Source: Sarea resinae (lineage: Eukaryota). From it: a DNA stretch of 64,000 nt. Of the stretch, positions 51,201-64,000 are shown in pieces (position 1 is the first letter of the stretch; every line of letters starts with the position of its first letter). The stretch is taken from contig JAPEUD010000051.1 of the NCBI GenBank assembly GCA_026026165.1, forward strand, positions 1 to 64,000, given 5' to 3'. A program made the position numbers and the translations under genes. Under the pieces are notes generated by a model. That model saw only the letters and a program-made list of their open reading frames with translations. It did no database searches and had not been told where the DNA came from.

Positions 51201-52470
51201 CAGCAGCGGGTAACTTGACTTGAACTTAATAGAATTAGTGATATAGGTGATATGGGTATACGGTGACAGATATAACAGCTAGCTACCTACCTACCTACCT
51301 ACCTACCTACCTACCTATCTAACTGATTACCTCATTACCTACCTACCTTACATAGTACCGACCTCACTACCGCTGTCATCGTACTGATGACAATAACAAT
51401 AATAATCAGAATGATAATAATGGCTGGAAAGTGTCGTGTTATTGAGAAATACGGACTAAGAAACACACACGCACACAGACATTGAGAAACGCACACACGT
51501 ACACTTACACACAAGCTGAACGCGGAATGGGTCTTTTTCTTTTTCTTTTTCTTTTTCTTTTTCTTTAGCCGGCGGGTGGGTGGGTGGGTTGGTAGGTAAG
51601 TGGGTAGGTGATGAGGTAGGTAGGTAAGTGGGTAGTAAGGAGGTAGGTAGGTAAGTGGGTAGTAAGGAGGTAGGTAAGTACGAACGCTCTGATATTGTAT
51701 CCCTCTTGTATTATTTTCCGGGAAAATGGAAAATGGGAAATGTTTTTGTTTTGTTTGGGATTTTGGGATTTCTTTTCTTTTGCAGGGATTGCAGTGGTTT
51801 TTGGGGCTCCCTCAAGGCGGGGCGAGGGGGTTTGATATCTCCCTACCTCCCCTACCCTGACGTAATTAACGTAACTTGCTCGCTCGCTCGCTTGCTCGTA
51901 TCATGGCCCGGCTTGGAGGATATGGATATGAAGATGAAGACGAAGACGAAGACGAAAATATCATGTGGACTTTCCCTCCTCGGGTGACTTTCCTCCACGG
52001 TGATCTCAGTGACCTTCCTCCACGTGTGAGCTCGCGTGACGGTCAACGGTCGACGGTCGAGCCAGCGAGCCAGCTAATGAGATCTCTTGAAGGGCGAAGG
52101 GAGAAGGGAGAAGGGAAAAGAGTTTCTGATATGATATGATATGATACGATATGACTAGATGGGATGGGATGGGATCGAGTAGATGATCGAGCAGCTGGAT
52201 GTTCGTGGTCCTGATGGTGGTGGTGATGGTGATGGTGATGGTGATGGTTGAGGGTGCGCTAGGATGGCATTTCCTGCCTCGTCGGTGTCGGTGTCGGTGT
52301 CGGTGTCAGGTTGGGTCAGTTGAGCTGGGTTGGGTCGTCCGAGTCGAGCTGGTCGGATTGGACTGGACTGAAAAGAAAGTGGATGAAGGCCTCAAGAGCG
52401 GGCGGCGGCTGTGGCTGTGGCTGGGGCTGGGGCTGGGGCTGGGGCTCCTCTCTCTTTCTCTCTCTCTCTC
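51073..52470. repeat. Microsatellite/low-complexity island
   Basis: (GTG)n(GTA)n 51138-51207, (CTAC)n 51283-51317, (TTTTTC)n ~51533-51566, GGTA-rich ~27-bp units 51590-51680, (GATAT)n, (GTGATG)n, (CGGTGT)n, (GGGGCT)n, (CT)n. Confidence 0.93.
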
Positions 52471-53173
52471 TGTGGTCTTCATCTGTTTTTTGGTGTCTTC
52501 TCCACTGGTGTTGATTGTATTTCTCCGCTTGGTGCTTGGGGATCGCGTCTGTTTTGTTTGAAGAGAAGGTGGATTGCTTGAGAAAACTCGGGGGGAGATC
52601 GGAGTTTGTTTATCTATTTGTTTATTCATTCCGACGGCTTTGGCCTTTCGGGAAGAAATCTGCTTTTTTTGGCACCTTTGGACTTGGCGTTTTCGAGATG
52701 GCACTCGAGGGGTCTTGTCGGCATTCGTTGAGTAGTCTCACAGGCCAACAGCCCTTCCCCTGGTGCCTTTTCTAGAGTCGTTCGATTCTGCTCGAATTTC
52801 CGCTGGACATCTTTGAAAGTCTTGGAAGCGGAAGCCGGTTCTCTGATGTTTTGATGAAGGTTTATTCTGTTGACTGGATGCCGTCGAACGTCTCTTACGG
52901 ACTTGCTTTTCCAGCCATGGATCTTTGGGAGGGGGGGAAAGCATGGGCTTGACATCCACCGAGTCGTCACTCGTGCGAGCCAGCAGGTTTCAGGCGAGGA
53001 GTAGAGCTCTGTTGAGTTCTCTGGCGGGTTGGTGGGCCAAGAAAGACGAAGATATTGGCCGTCCTTGGACGCCATGACGGACAGAGCAGATCGCGTGGCT
53101 CGAGATTCCTCTTCCTCGGATACTGATATAGTGCATGTGGACAAACGGCGAGGGGAGAAGCCTGGCGAATGGA

Positions 53174-54483
53174 TCAAAGCTCATCTAGCAATCCCTGCAC
53201 AGCTTGGGCCGCCAACCGCCGTCGCTGGTTGATCGGTAGGTCTGCTGAGTTGTCTATTACAGTCCTTTGTTAGCTGCGAACGAAGAAACTGGTCTTGTCC
53301 TTGCTCCGAGTGAATAATAAAGCGGACAGAAATTGACGAGGGATAGAAAGCAAAGACGTTGGATAGAAATTGACGAGTGATAGAAAGCGAAGAGTAGACA
53401 CATACCACGGATAGCCATGACGCGCCTCAGGAGATCATCTAGGCGCTCCACTTGCTCTTCTTCCTGCCCCTCTTCCTCCCCTGCTTCCGCCTCTCCCCCT
53501 GGCTCTCCAACAGGCGCTCGAACTTGAGTGGCTCCAGCACTTTCGGTCAGACCCACACCATTCTGCTGTGAGTGAATCGCAGTTGAAAGGCCCAACATCT
53601 CTCGCTCGAGCTCTGCCGCCTCGATATTGAAACCCAGCTCTGCTTCAGGGTTCTCCAAGTCATCGCCGTCATCGTCCAGGAGAGCGAGATGGGCGGCAGC
53701 TCCAGGATACGAATCAAGATCCGGCACCGGCGCCCAGTCGGTAGCTTCCAGGGCTTCCTTAAGACGGTCCAGACCTTGTTTATCTGCGCGTGTACCTTTT
53801 AGCTCTGGCTCTCATCATTGTATCCAAGGTAGGCGTACCTCCAAATTGGCTCATGCCCCGAGCCTCAAGATCCACGAATTCAAATCCGTTCTCCAGACAC
53901 AGGTCATCCCATTGTTCGGCCGCAAAGCTCGTAAGCCGGGGCGTGGTGGACTGTGGCATCGCGACCGCCAGCCGTGCACCATCCCAGTCATCGCCGCACC
54001 CATCGTCAATGACTCCCGCGACGGCTTTCAGACACGCCCTGATGTTATCCTGTAATAGATCATAAATGTCAGCGATGTTCTATAGACAAAAGAACAGCTA
54101 TAACCGACAAGTTCATCGTCATCCACAGGCCATCGGAAACAGAGCACGAATGCCCCAAGCACCTCCAATACGACCTTCGCTTCCGGCTTTAGATACTCGC
54201 GCGCCCAATCCTCGTGGTTGGTGATTTCGTCTACCCAGATGGGCACTTCGGCTCTGTAGTACTGGGTCGAGATATTCCAGGTGTGAGAGAGGCCGGCGGG
54301 AGAAGCAGAGTCGCTGGGGACAGGAGGCACGGCGCCTGTGAGATCTAGGTGTTGCGCCAGGGACGTCAGCCTGACGCGGCGGATGAGGGTTGCTGCAGAA
54401 TACAAAATACCTTTGAGGAGGGTCAGGACATCGGAATTGGGGGGCTGCACGAAAAGAATTCGCCGGGGATCTGAGATCTCCAT
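53174..54483 (-). CDS. IRC6: Alpha/gamma-adaptin-binding protein p34 (Irc6/AAGAB family), 5 exons
   Basis: PRRILFV..LK|DLTG; AGLSHTWNISTQYYRAEVPIWVDEI; EAKVVLEVLGAFV; WDDLCLENGFEFVD; GLDRLKEALEATDW; VERLDDLLRRVMAIR|D..RRRLAAQAV; alternative ATG at 54507. Confidence 0.9.
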
Positions 54484-54841
54484 CGTGGGTAGTGTCGTGG
54501 TATCCATGCATGAGTTTATGTTTATCGCGGGGGGAGGGATTGGAGGGGCTGCGGTTGGGATGATGCGATTCACGTGATATTGGAGGTGAAGATGAGCGTC
54601 GAAGGATTTACGGCTACAGCACTGGTCGCGGCAGCAATGCAAAGAAGAGAAGCTTCTAGGATGGATCATTCGAGGAGTATCATTTCATATCTAATTCCAG
54701 TCGTCTTTGGAACCAAACCTAGGTTTGGCCTGGTCGCTTCCACACCGTACGACCGTTGCAAAGCCAAGTTCATCCAGCGCCTTCATGCAAAAGGGAAACA
54801 AGTCGAGGAAACTTTTCAAGTCATATCCATCATCAGAGGTC

Positions 54842-55469
54842 TCAACCGCGTCCGCCTCGTTGTCCTCGAGCCCTATTGACCGTAGCCCTTCCTCTGGCCA
54901 AACCGACACCTCGTCCCTTGGTCCCTCTGGCTCTGAACATCGGCGCATTCCTACAGTCGTGGAATTAGTCATTGATGATCCTAAGATAAAGGGGAACCGG
55001 GCTCGGAGATGAGCACACACCTCAGCATATCTGGGACGATGAAGAACCGTACGTGACTCCCTCGAATATACACCTGGTCCAGATGGGAGACTCGTCCGTC
55101 GCGGGCGGTCACGGTAATGTCTTTGAGCTGGACATTCATATTGTCCTCGGCTGCAGATGGCCACCACCACGTCAGCATGGAAACAACGTGTGAGGAGGCC
55201 ATTGGACTCCGCAAAACAGCTAGACGTACCATCAAGGAGCTTTCCCCTGTAGACCTGGCCGGACGTAAGCTCCAGAGTAACCACATGTCCCTGCACAAGA
55301 GTCCCGTATTAGCAGGAGCACGACCAGATCGCCATCAGCTCATCGGGGATGGTGGCGGCGGGACAAGGGCAAGGGCGCATAATCCACAGCGCACAACCCG
55401 AGTGCTGCGAGTGCGACTCACCTGGGCCTCGTTGAGTAATTTGATCGGGATGCCAATCGTGCTCGTCAT
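54842..55469 (-). CDS. SMD3: Small nuclear ribonucleoprotein Sm D3, 4 exons
   Basis: [87 protein letters not shown] tail. Confidence 0.98.
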
Positions 55470-55806
55470 GGCGTCGGCGGCACAAGAGAGCAATCCGGAT
55501 CGGAAGATGGTCCAAGTGAAGAGAGCGTGGGAGTGGCGAGCTGGTGGGCGGGATGCGATCTGTTGCAGATTGAAGCTGTTCGTTCGCAGTCCAGGCAATG
55601 TCGCAGGATGGCCAACGCTAGTGACAAGACACCATAGATTTCACTTGGCTGGAGAGAGTGCCGTGTACATGTACTTTGGATTCCGCCAGGGTCTCCGCTT
55701 CATTACAAGTAGTCTGTACACTCCTCCACCACCAAAGCCAAACACCAATCCAATATCAAAACCCAAGGTCCAGATTTCCGGCCCGCAGCACTCATCCCAG
55801 ATCACA

Positions 55807-56817
55807 ATGTTTTCGGCCTTCAACCCGTCGGCAACGCTATCAGTCTTCAAGCTCCTCATCAATCCATCCTTGATCCTGCCACACAGCACAATCCCCACCT
55901 TTGCGCACCTACCCATCCCTCTCAACGACGCCTTCACCCCATCAAGCCCAGACGAAAAGAGCAGCTTTGGCTCGACGACGAAGAAAGTTGATATTCGCGC
56001 AGTAGTACTAGATAAAGACAACTGCTTTGCTGTTCCACATTCCAACCATGTTTATGCGCCTTACTCCGTAATAGCCCCTCTTCCACTTGCGAATACTGCG
56101 TACACCTCTTATGTCTTACATGTAACGTCCTTAACACGGAATTCCTATTTCTGACATCGGACCTTTTGGCTTTTGTTTTCTCTGCCATTGCTTTCTCCAG
56201 AGAATCAGAAGATAACATGAATGCACACAGGACAAATTCCGCGCCCTCCTAGCCGCCTACCCACGCCAAAACCTCCTGATAGTCAGCAACTCATCCGGGA
56301 CCAGCGCGCAAGATCCCGATGGCAAAGACGCGGCCCTCCTAGAGCAAAACACGGGCGTGAAAGTGCTCCGGCATTCCTCCAAGGTAGCCAGCCCTTCCCG
56401 TCCGTCTTCAAGTGCTTTGAACCCAATTCCCCCTCCACCCCCAGGGCCCCCCCTCTTAGGACATAGAATAATTAACACGCCAAAACCCCCCAGAAACCCT
56501 CTTCATCAACCCAAAACGCCATCCTACAGCACTTCCTCACATCCAGCTCCCCAACATCCACATCCACACCCACACCCAGCTCCTCAACACAAGTAACGCA
56601 CCCGTCCCAAATCGCCATCGTGGGCGACCGCCTCCTGACGGACGTGATGCTGGCCAACGAGATGGGCGCGTACAGCATCTGGGTGCGCGATGGTGTCGTC
56701 GAATCGTCGTCGAGCTTCTCGCGGCTGGAGAAATCCCTGGCGGCGTTCCTGTTGAGGCGCGGGTACGTGGCGCCTCCGGTCGTTGGTGAAGAGGTGCCGA
56801 GGAATCCGTTCGAGTGA
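55807..56817 (+). CDS. GEP4: Mitochondrial phosphatidylglycerophosphatase (HAD, Gep4 family), 3 exons
   Basis: IRAVVLDKDNCFA (HAD motif I), LLIVSNSSGT, VKVLRHSSK|KP, IAIVGDRLLTDVMLANEMG; alternative upstream ATG at 55669. Confidence 0.94.
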
Positions 56818-57964
56818 TGAGATGAGAAGGGGAAGACGGGAAGAGGGAGAGGAGAGGGGGGGAGGGAGAAAGATGGAGGTGGAGTTTGTACTATACCAGG
56901 ATCATATTCATAGCCCGAGTTTCTATGGCTGGAAGAGCGTTACATCTCATCGCTGTTCTTATTCACTCACGCAAACACTGTACGATATAAAACCCGCGAG
57001 AAAAGCACTCGACATGTCAGACTCAATTTCAACGATTTCAGTATTAATGGTGTTCTAGCTAAATTCCCCAGCCGGGCTCAGCTAAGGGTAAATAAGCCCG
57101 AGGGGAATCTTACAAGTAGCTAAGGTATCTTATTATTTCATTCCAAGCATGACCACATCAAAGGAGAAGTCCACGGACGCACAAAGAGGAAAAGGCAACG
57201 CAACTTGACAGAGAAAAATGAAGCAGGAGAGAACAGCGAGAGGAAGGTGAAACAAAGAACAAACAGTTAAAAGGGAAGTATTCGCACAATGATAGAGGAA
57301 GAGGCATAGCACAGCTAGCGCTCGTCCACCGCATATGCACGAGAGGATTGGAGATAGAGGCAGTTTATCCTGTCGTACAGATAGACGGGCTTAGACCAAG
57401 ATCACTGCCGCTTGCATATCGCTGTACCGGACAGCAGACATGAAGACGGACAGCTGCAAAGAATCGAGAAGTCTGTCCGACAGTGCGGCATACGCCTCGA
57501 CGACCAATCTGTATGCTTGGGCGAAGAATGAGGAAACGAGGGGGGATGAGTATGTTTGGGAGACTCTCCCAAAACCAGGTGGGAGAGAGGAAAAAGAGAT
57601 GAAAGATGTGAATGATGACCAAAGAAGAGCAAAAAGCTCACCAGAAAAATCAAAAGTGAAGGCAGACTCGGTCCTTTTGATGTGAACGCGCAAAACCGCT
57701 CGAGATCGCTAAGAGATGTGACAAAAGAAACCCAACAAAACTCTTTTCCCCCATCTTGCACAATTTCCTGTACATATTTATCCTTCCATCAACCCTTTGA
57801 TGTGTCCTGCATGCCCTTCCAAACGCCAGCCAATATCTCTCGCTAGGAGCGACATATTGTTCTCCCGATCCCACTCATCGCACCCGAGTATTAAAATGTC
57901 TTACTGCTTCCATGTCTGAACCAGCGGATTAAGATTAAATCCAAGAGGTGAAATGAATTCTCAT

Positions 57965-59808
57965 CTAGAGGCCAGAGTTCTCGGGTGAGAGACTTGATGG
58001 ATCAATGGTACCAAATGACACGAGATTGTGCATATCCATGTCATCTGCGGACCCTTCAATACCAGGGGAGTGCATGGGCAGGTTGAGCGACTGTTTCGAA
58101 TACAGCTCGCTCAATGCCATGCCATCATCCGACAGGTTGGAAGGCATGGAGAACATCTCGTTGGAAGCGCTGCGATGCATGGCCGAAAGAGGAGGCGATT
58201 GATCTGCGATGACGGGGTCTCCGTGGCTCATAGCCGAGATCGGAGAAATTGACGGGCCTCCAATACTGGCGGGATCGATCATGGGAGAAAGGAACGGCAA
58301 ACTATAGGGCGTACTGAAGCTCGCGGTTGGCATATCGGGAGGTCCGTTGGTAAAGAACGAGGGACTGGCGTATTCCGATGGTGAAGTGGTCGCCGCGGAC
58401 AGCGGATAAGGGCGGAAGTCCATGCCATATCCAGACGAGGTATCAATCCTCAGACTAGGTCCGACCGGCCCAAGGTTGTTGTAGTGCTGCGGAATCGGAG
58501 CGTAGATGTTCGAGTTATTCATCGGAGCAGCTTGCTCGGATTGGATGTTGAACGAAGGCATGGGATGTTGCAGCATCGAAAAGTCGATTGCAACGGGAAC
58601 CGACCTGCTTCTTGTCCGCTTATGTTGAGTACGACCAGGCTGTAGGCCGAGACCATAAGGATCCACAAACATGCCCATGTGCGATTGCGATATTTGATTA
58701 GGCTGCGACGCCGGTCGGAGGCCAATAGGTGAGACTGGAGCTGAAGCTGCCAGGGCGTTAGGATCGAATTGCATGTGTCGGTTCTGGAAGCATTCTAGCG
58801 CGACGAGCTTGGCCAATTGACTGCTGAGCACCTTGGGATGGCCGCCGAGATGGTGGCTCAACACGGTGGAAGCTTGCTGGTCCTCGGTAAAGTCCCGACA
58901 TTGGTAGAAACCACCCGAACCGGAAGAGTCCATGAAAAAGTTTGGCGGCCGATTTAATTCAATCAGCAGACCGGTGGGTTTCTGCGACACGCCCTGAGCA
59001 TCGAGCTGGGCGTCTCCGTTCTCCAAGGTGATGTTCTTGATGGCGGCAAAGGGATATTCGATCTTGTATCCGGCTGAATCGTTGTTGATGTAGTACGTAA
59101 CGCAGGCTTTGTCGGGCGAGTAGAAGATGATCAGATCCATATGGTTCTGCCCAACACGTCGCCACGAGCCGATGCTCAACGACCGGCATGCGAAATGATG
59201 GATCACTGCACGTCGTAAGCACGTAGCCTCAGATGGGACGGGTGCTTGCATGTACGTACCGACTTTTCCAGAACTGTTAGGTTCCGTATTCAGAAGCATG
59301 CCACCGCTTCCGTACACGGCCATTGGACCGCCGGCGCGGGTCAGAAAGTTTCGTCCCAGAGGTTGGCCAGATTCAATGGCCTGCAGAGCAAGATACTGCC
59401 GCATCGACTCCGGGATCGCGTCACAATCTTCGCCCGTTTCGATGCTTCTCTTGGCGAGAAGCTTTATCTTGGCACGCCTGCGGCTGAGTTAGAATTCGGT
59501 TGTTATCAATACAGAACGAGATTTGAAGCACACCTGTTCTGGAACCATATCTGCACGGATCGTTCGGTCATGTTGATCTCGTCGGCGATTCGCTCGCGCA
59601 CGGCCGCGGTTGGGGTCGGGTTCTTGTTGAATTCCAGTTCGAGCGTGATCAATTGCTCCTGCGTCGCCCTCTGTCGCTTCTGGTTCTTTTGTTGTTGGGT
59701 CAGGGTGCTCTTCCGTGGTTGGCGTCGTGATCCCGAATGGCTCGCGGGTGCCGAGGCGGTTGGGGATGGTGTCGAGGACATGTTGCTCGACGTATCCTCG
59801 TGTTGCAT
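57965..59808 (-). CDS. Homeobox transcription factor (Pah1/Phx1-type), 3 exons
   Basis: Homeodomain [54 protein letters not shown]; downstream domain [39 protein letters not shown]. Confidence 0.94.
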
Positions 59809-61597
59809 ATCTGGGCGATATGAAATCAACAGCTGATGTTTGCTGTTCGTCGCCGCCAGTCACTATATTTAGAATTTAGGTGTATGGTACGTCTGATATT
59901 CGAAAGAGTGTCGGTAGGCTCGAAGCCGAATGTCGATCAAGAATGAAGGAATGGATGATCCCAAGGCTGGATCAATGGATATCAAGGAACGTAGGTCCGT
60001 TGATGGCGATAAAAGATTGGTCGATGATCCCAGTATCGTCGAAAAGGTCTTCGGATTCAGCGAAGACGGGCGCTTGCCGGGTTGGGACCGAATGAAGTGG
60101 AAAAGAGACGTCAAGGAAAGACTGATGAAGCCGAAGGAGTGATATGGACCCGAAAGGAGTGACGGCGTCCGTAAGGCAATAAAGCAAAGAAAAGAATGTC
60201 AAGGGAGCGAAAAGCTACGAAGAAACGACGACGGCAACGACGACGACGAGATGAAGCGGAAGCAAGTAGTTTGTGAGAAGAAGGGAAATGGAGAGGGAGT
60301 GAGTGTGCGAGGGAGGGGGGGGGGATGGACGGGATGGACGGGTTGTGGGTGAAAGGGGGTTCGACAACCGAAGGGTAGAGACAAGGGTGGCTCACAAGGG
60401 TCTCTCTCGCCCGTGGATGGGGGGGGGGGGGAAGGGGAGGGGGACCAAGGTCAGGTACGGGACACGAGGGCCGGGATGGGCGGAGGTACCAGATGGGTAT
60501 CATGGCCGCCGACGGCGAGGTGGAAGAGCGGTAGAGGCAGCGTCGCAGTACCTCGGTGTACTTGGCACACCGACATCACCACTGTACCATGCAGAGCCGA
60601 CGGGGCACCAGGGGGCGCGGTCCTCAGCAAGCAAGCGCCCAAGCTACTCCGGGAGTAGTGGAGGACTGTTACTGCATCGTACTCCTACATAGTACTGTTC
60701 GAACGAGGAGGGAATGTGGTTGGCAGCTGGCGGCAGCTGTCTGGCGGATGGCGTACTCGTCCGCAGCGGCAGGGATACCTCGCCAGTACTTGCCCAGACG
60801 TGCCCAGACGTGCCCATCCGACACTCGCATCTACTGTGTCGTCGCATCACCACCACCATCTCCGCCATCATCGTCGACGCAAGAGCAGCAGACCAAGTAG
60901 CACCAGGTACCCGGGGCGTCGATGGCGGCTGACAGGCCCCGTCCATCGCTCGATGGTCGACGTGTGCAAGGGCAAGGGCAAGAGCAGCACACGCCATGCA
61001 AACAGGGCTTGGCCCCTATACCAGCCAGTCCGCCGACCGCCAAGACGTGTGTCCGTGGGTGCTTGCCGTGCACCGGCGTGTCCATTGTCAATGGTCACTA
61101 CTCTACTGTCAATATTGATCGATGGATGATGGATCATGGAGGCGACTGGTGGTGTGTGCGTTCGGACGCGATCCATGGACACCGCCCGTGCTAGCAGTTA
61201 GGTTCTGCAGCGGTTCTTGGTGGCCATGATGGATCCATTGACCCATTGATCCATTGAGACTTTTTCGTGTTCGTCTTCTTCGACGTCTCCTCCACCTCAG
61301 CAACCTCAGCGACCTCAGCAACCTACGGGCTGGTACCTGACTACTGCACGGAGTACTCTGAGGACTCGAGTACCTCAGGTACCTTACCTTACAGGAACGG
61401 GTACCTCGACTACCTACTCCGTACTGCGTAATGCGTCGCGCTACCAGAGCGAGACCGCCATACCTTTACCTTAGTGCCGGCCTTAGTCAGGAACGGCCGG
61501 CACCAAAGCGCCCTAGATGCTCACAAAGGGTGACGGCCTCGTTCGGGCGCGTCATCCACACGACTCGGACTACGGGCCCGGAGTACGAGTGCACACA

Positions 61598-61641
61598 CAT
61601 CCATCCCATCCATCCCATCCATCCCATCCATCCCATCCATC
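61598..61641. repeat. 9-bp tandem repeat (CATCCCATC)n, ~4.5 copies
   Basis: Direct reading. Confidence 0.88.
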
Positions 61642-62938
61642 AGAGGACGGGTCCGGCGGGCAGTGCGGCGGCACCTCAGGTTGTGTCTCTGTCTACTGCC
61701 GTACCTTACTGACCAGCGCTTCGTCCTTTGTACCCACCCGTCGGCCGAGTTCAAGACGAGAGGAAAAAGACAGAGAGAGAGGAATGAGTCAGTGCACACG
61801 CCTGACCTCGAAGACCCTTGATGCCCTTGACGGACCCCAAACCCTCCTCACGAGAAAGCGGGTCCCGCGAGGGCACCCTCCCCCGCATCTCGCATTCCAT
61901 GGTCTTTGTCGTCGTACATAGCATGTATCGTGTGTCGTGTGCCGTGTCGTTTCGTGTCCGGCGCTCGCTGCTCGACCTTTATATACCTTACCTGCCTACC
62001 TACCTACCACGTAGTGAACCGAGGATTGAATGCCTCATTGACCGTTCGATCGATGCAAGCAAGGAAAGGTGCAGCAACTGAATGTACCCAGTCTCGAGCC
62101 GACCGCGTGCCCAACTTCCTCCCTGCATGATGTCGGAAGGGATGGATGAGGAGGTCGGTATCCAGAAGCGGGCATGGAAAGGAAAGAATTTGCTGGGTGC
62201 CCGGCTGAGGTGCTGATGCCCGTTGCCCGTTGCCCGCCTTGAATAATGGTCCGCAGTTCCTGTCTGTGGAGTACGAAGTGACAATAATTACCTACTCGGT
62301 ATTCGTACGTCGTAGGAGCGCGTGTGCGTGACGGTCCAACCTCGCCCGGCTAGCCCAATACTGAAATACGCTCGAGACGACCCTGTTTAGGCGTCCGGAA
62401 GCGAAGAAAAGAGCGCCCGAGCCCGTTTTGGCAACGGCGGCATTTCTGTGACACGAGAATCATCCACGCCGGGAGGCGACGGGATTGATGATCGTATCCC
62501 AATTACTAGGTACTAGGTAGCCGAGACGGCGGAGTGATCAATGCTTTGGGTCCAAGAGCCAACTTCGTACTTCATCCATCCAATTCAAAGTCTAAATGTT
62601 TCCTCTAAAGCAGTAGTGCTTACATACAGGGTATAAATAGGTCGGAGAGAAAAGTCCCCCCAAATCCGGATCGTGAGAAGCAAAAGAACAAGAACCTCAG
62701 AGGCGTAATGATGATGACTGCAATGATGTTGAGGTTGATGGTGACAAGGATGATGAGGGTGATGATGATGATGAGGATGATCCTGAAAAAGGTCACCGCT
62801 GCCAATCTAGAACGCCAACCAAACGTAAAGGCCACCAGGAGGACCCAGCTATCTCTTTCTTCATTGATCGCACGAAACCAAGAATTGCAAATATGTACCA
62901 CCTTGCTCCTTCGTACTCATAAATTTCATCCTTCTGTT

Positions 62939-64000
62939 TTATTCTTGGTTCAGGCGTTCGTGTCGGACGGACCCAAACCGTTTCGAGAGCATCTCCGCGA
63001 TGTCGGCCGACCCTCTTCGTCGAGCACGATCCAAGGAGCCGAGACTGATTGACGAGTGGGAATGGGATATGCTTCGTGGAAGGGCCACTGGAGTTCGGTC
63101 TTGCTCCATAACACGGGGCTGGTCCAGTAGTTCTTGAATCTCCCCTTCCCGTTCGGCGTCTGTATCGATCTCGACGCTAGGCTTCTTCTTGCCTCTGCTC
63201 CAGCCTTGCTGTAGTTCTTCAGAGGCCGCCTCCTCGAAACGTTTGCGAATCTCCAGATCCTGCTCATACTCTTGAAAGATGTCGACCTAGTAGGGTGTCA
63301 GTCGACTATCACAAAACTTGAGCATGCGAACGTACATCGGTTGGCATATATGTTGCTCGGAGCGAAGTCACAGCTATTTCAAAGGCAAGACAAGCAGCGA
63401 CAATGACAACAAGCGTAAGCCACCACAATCCATCCGTTCCGAATCGTTGGAACAGACCATCTTTGACGTTGTAGAGAGTATTGGTTGGGTAAATGCCGGA
63501 AAGGACGACATTCCAAAGGAACCATCCACCAATGGAGAGAAGAAGGGCAATTGCACAAGTGATTGATTTGTTGTGCAGCTCAAGAAATCTGGACATGGTC
63601 AGCAACCATAAGTCACGAAGAGGTTAGACTACATACTGCATTTTCAAGCCTATAAGCATGATGCAAGACGTGAATGTGAGATCACCGAGAGCATAGAGGC
63701 CATTATCTTTGACGAAGATAGCTTGCCCATAGAGCCCAAGCATCAGAAAGAAGATCATCATAGCTTCTGAAGAGGCCATGAATACCCATCCCAGATAAAG
63801 CTTGATGTTGAATCCGCCTCTGCGTTGGCCTTTGGTGTACAGTTCCGGAACTGCAAGTAGTGTCGAGGCAGCAAGGTCCTTTTCGAATATTCCCATGAAA
63901 ATGACTGGAAGGGACGTAAAAAGCTAATCTGTCTTAGTGACCGTCTCATGATGTACACTATTCCCGCAACTTACGGTGTTGAACATGCTCAAACTAACAG
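62939..64000 (-). CDS. P4-ATPase phospholipid flippase (Dnf3-like), 3' part; gene continues beyond window
   Basis: SMFNT|LFTSLPVIFMGIFEKDL..LLAVPELYTKGQ; TM helices; IGGWFLWN; WWLTL; PTD|VDIFQEYEQD..RKRFEEAA; ends LNQE TAA. Confidence 0.92.

Noticed and set aside
52306..53075. 149-aa (ATG 53075) and 132-aa minus-strand ORFs downstream of IRC6
   Set aside because: Start ~100 nt after the IRC6 stop (probable 3'UTR) and run into SSRs; no readthrough context or motif
55117..55668. Long 5' part of the 345-aa + ORF upstream of GEP4
   Set aside because: Antisense to SMD3 exons and introns; only the part from 55669/55807 is plausible
62700..62920. (GAT)-rich tract reading as an acidic peptide on the + strand
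   Set aside because: In-frame stop just upstream and no start codon; degenerate trinucleotide repeat in the flippase 3'UTR

Overview
Gene-dense eukaryotic DNA from a filamentous ascomycete (Pezizomycotina-type short GT-AG introns with CTRAC/CTAAY branch sites; organism not identifiable from sequence alone). It holds 23 supportable protein-coding genes, mostly housekeeping: FEX fluoride exporter, UPRT, eIF4B, FMP27/Hobbit, CSN5, mitochondrial GluRS, type I DnaJ, RPL32, an acyl-CoA thioesterase, an RluA-family pseudouridine synthase, an M24 peptidase, a Gfo/Idh/MocA oxidoreductase, a GNAT, a heme oxygenase, a short Sec2-like protein, Ase1, IRC6/p34, SmD3, GEP4, a Pah1/Phx1-type homeobox factor, the 3' end of a DNF3-type flippase and two hypothetical proteins. 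I found no tRNA, rRNA, transposon, CRISPR or secondary-metabolite cluster, and no convincing novel multi-gene system. The most interesting signals concern gene expression and genome architecture: a start codon created only by splicing (DnaJ), two obligatory GC-AG introns, candidate dual-targeting N-terminal extensions in a back-to-back thioesterase/pseudouridine synthase pair, uORF-rich versus AUG-free leaders, an exact 70-aa-period repeat in the FEX N-tail, recurrent TACTCCGGAGTA/GTAC motifs in long intergenic regions, and GC3/microsatellite 'hot zones' centred on convergent gene ends. Family assignments come from recognised motifs, not database searches; exon boundaries were derived by hand.
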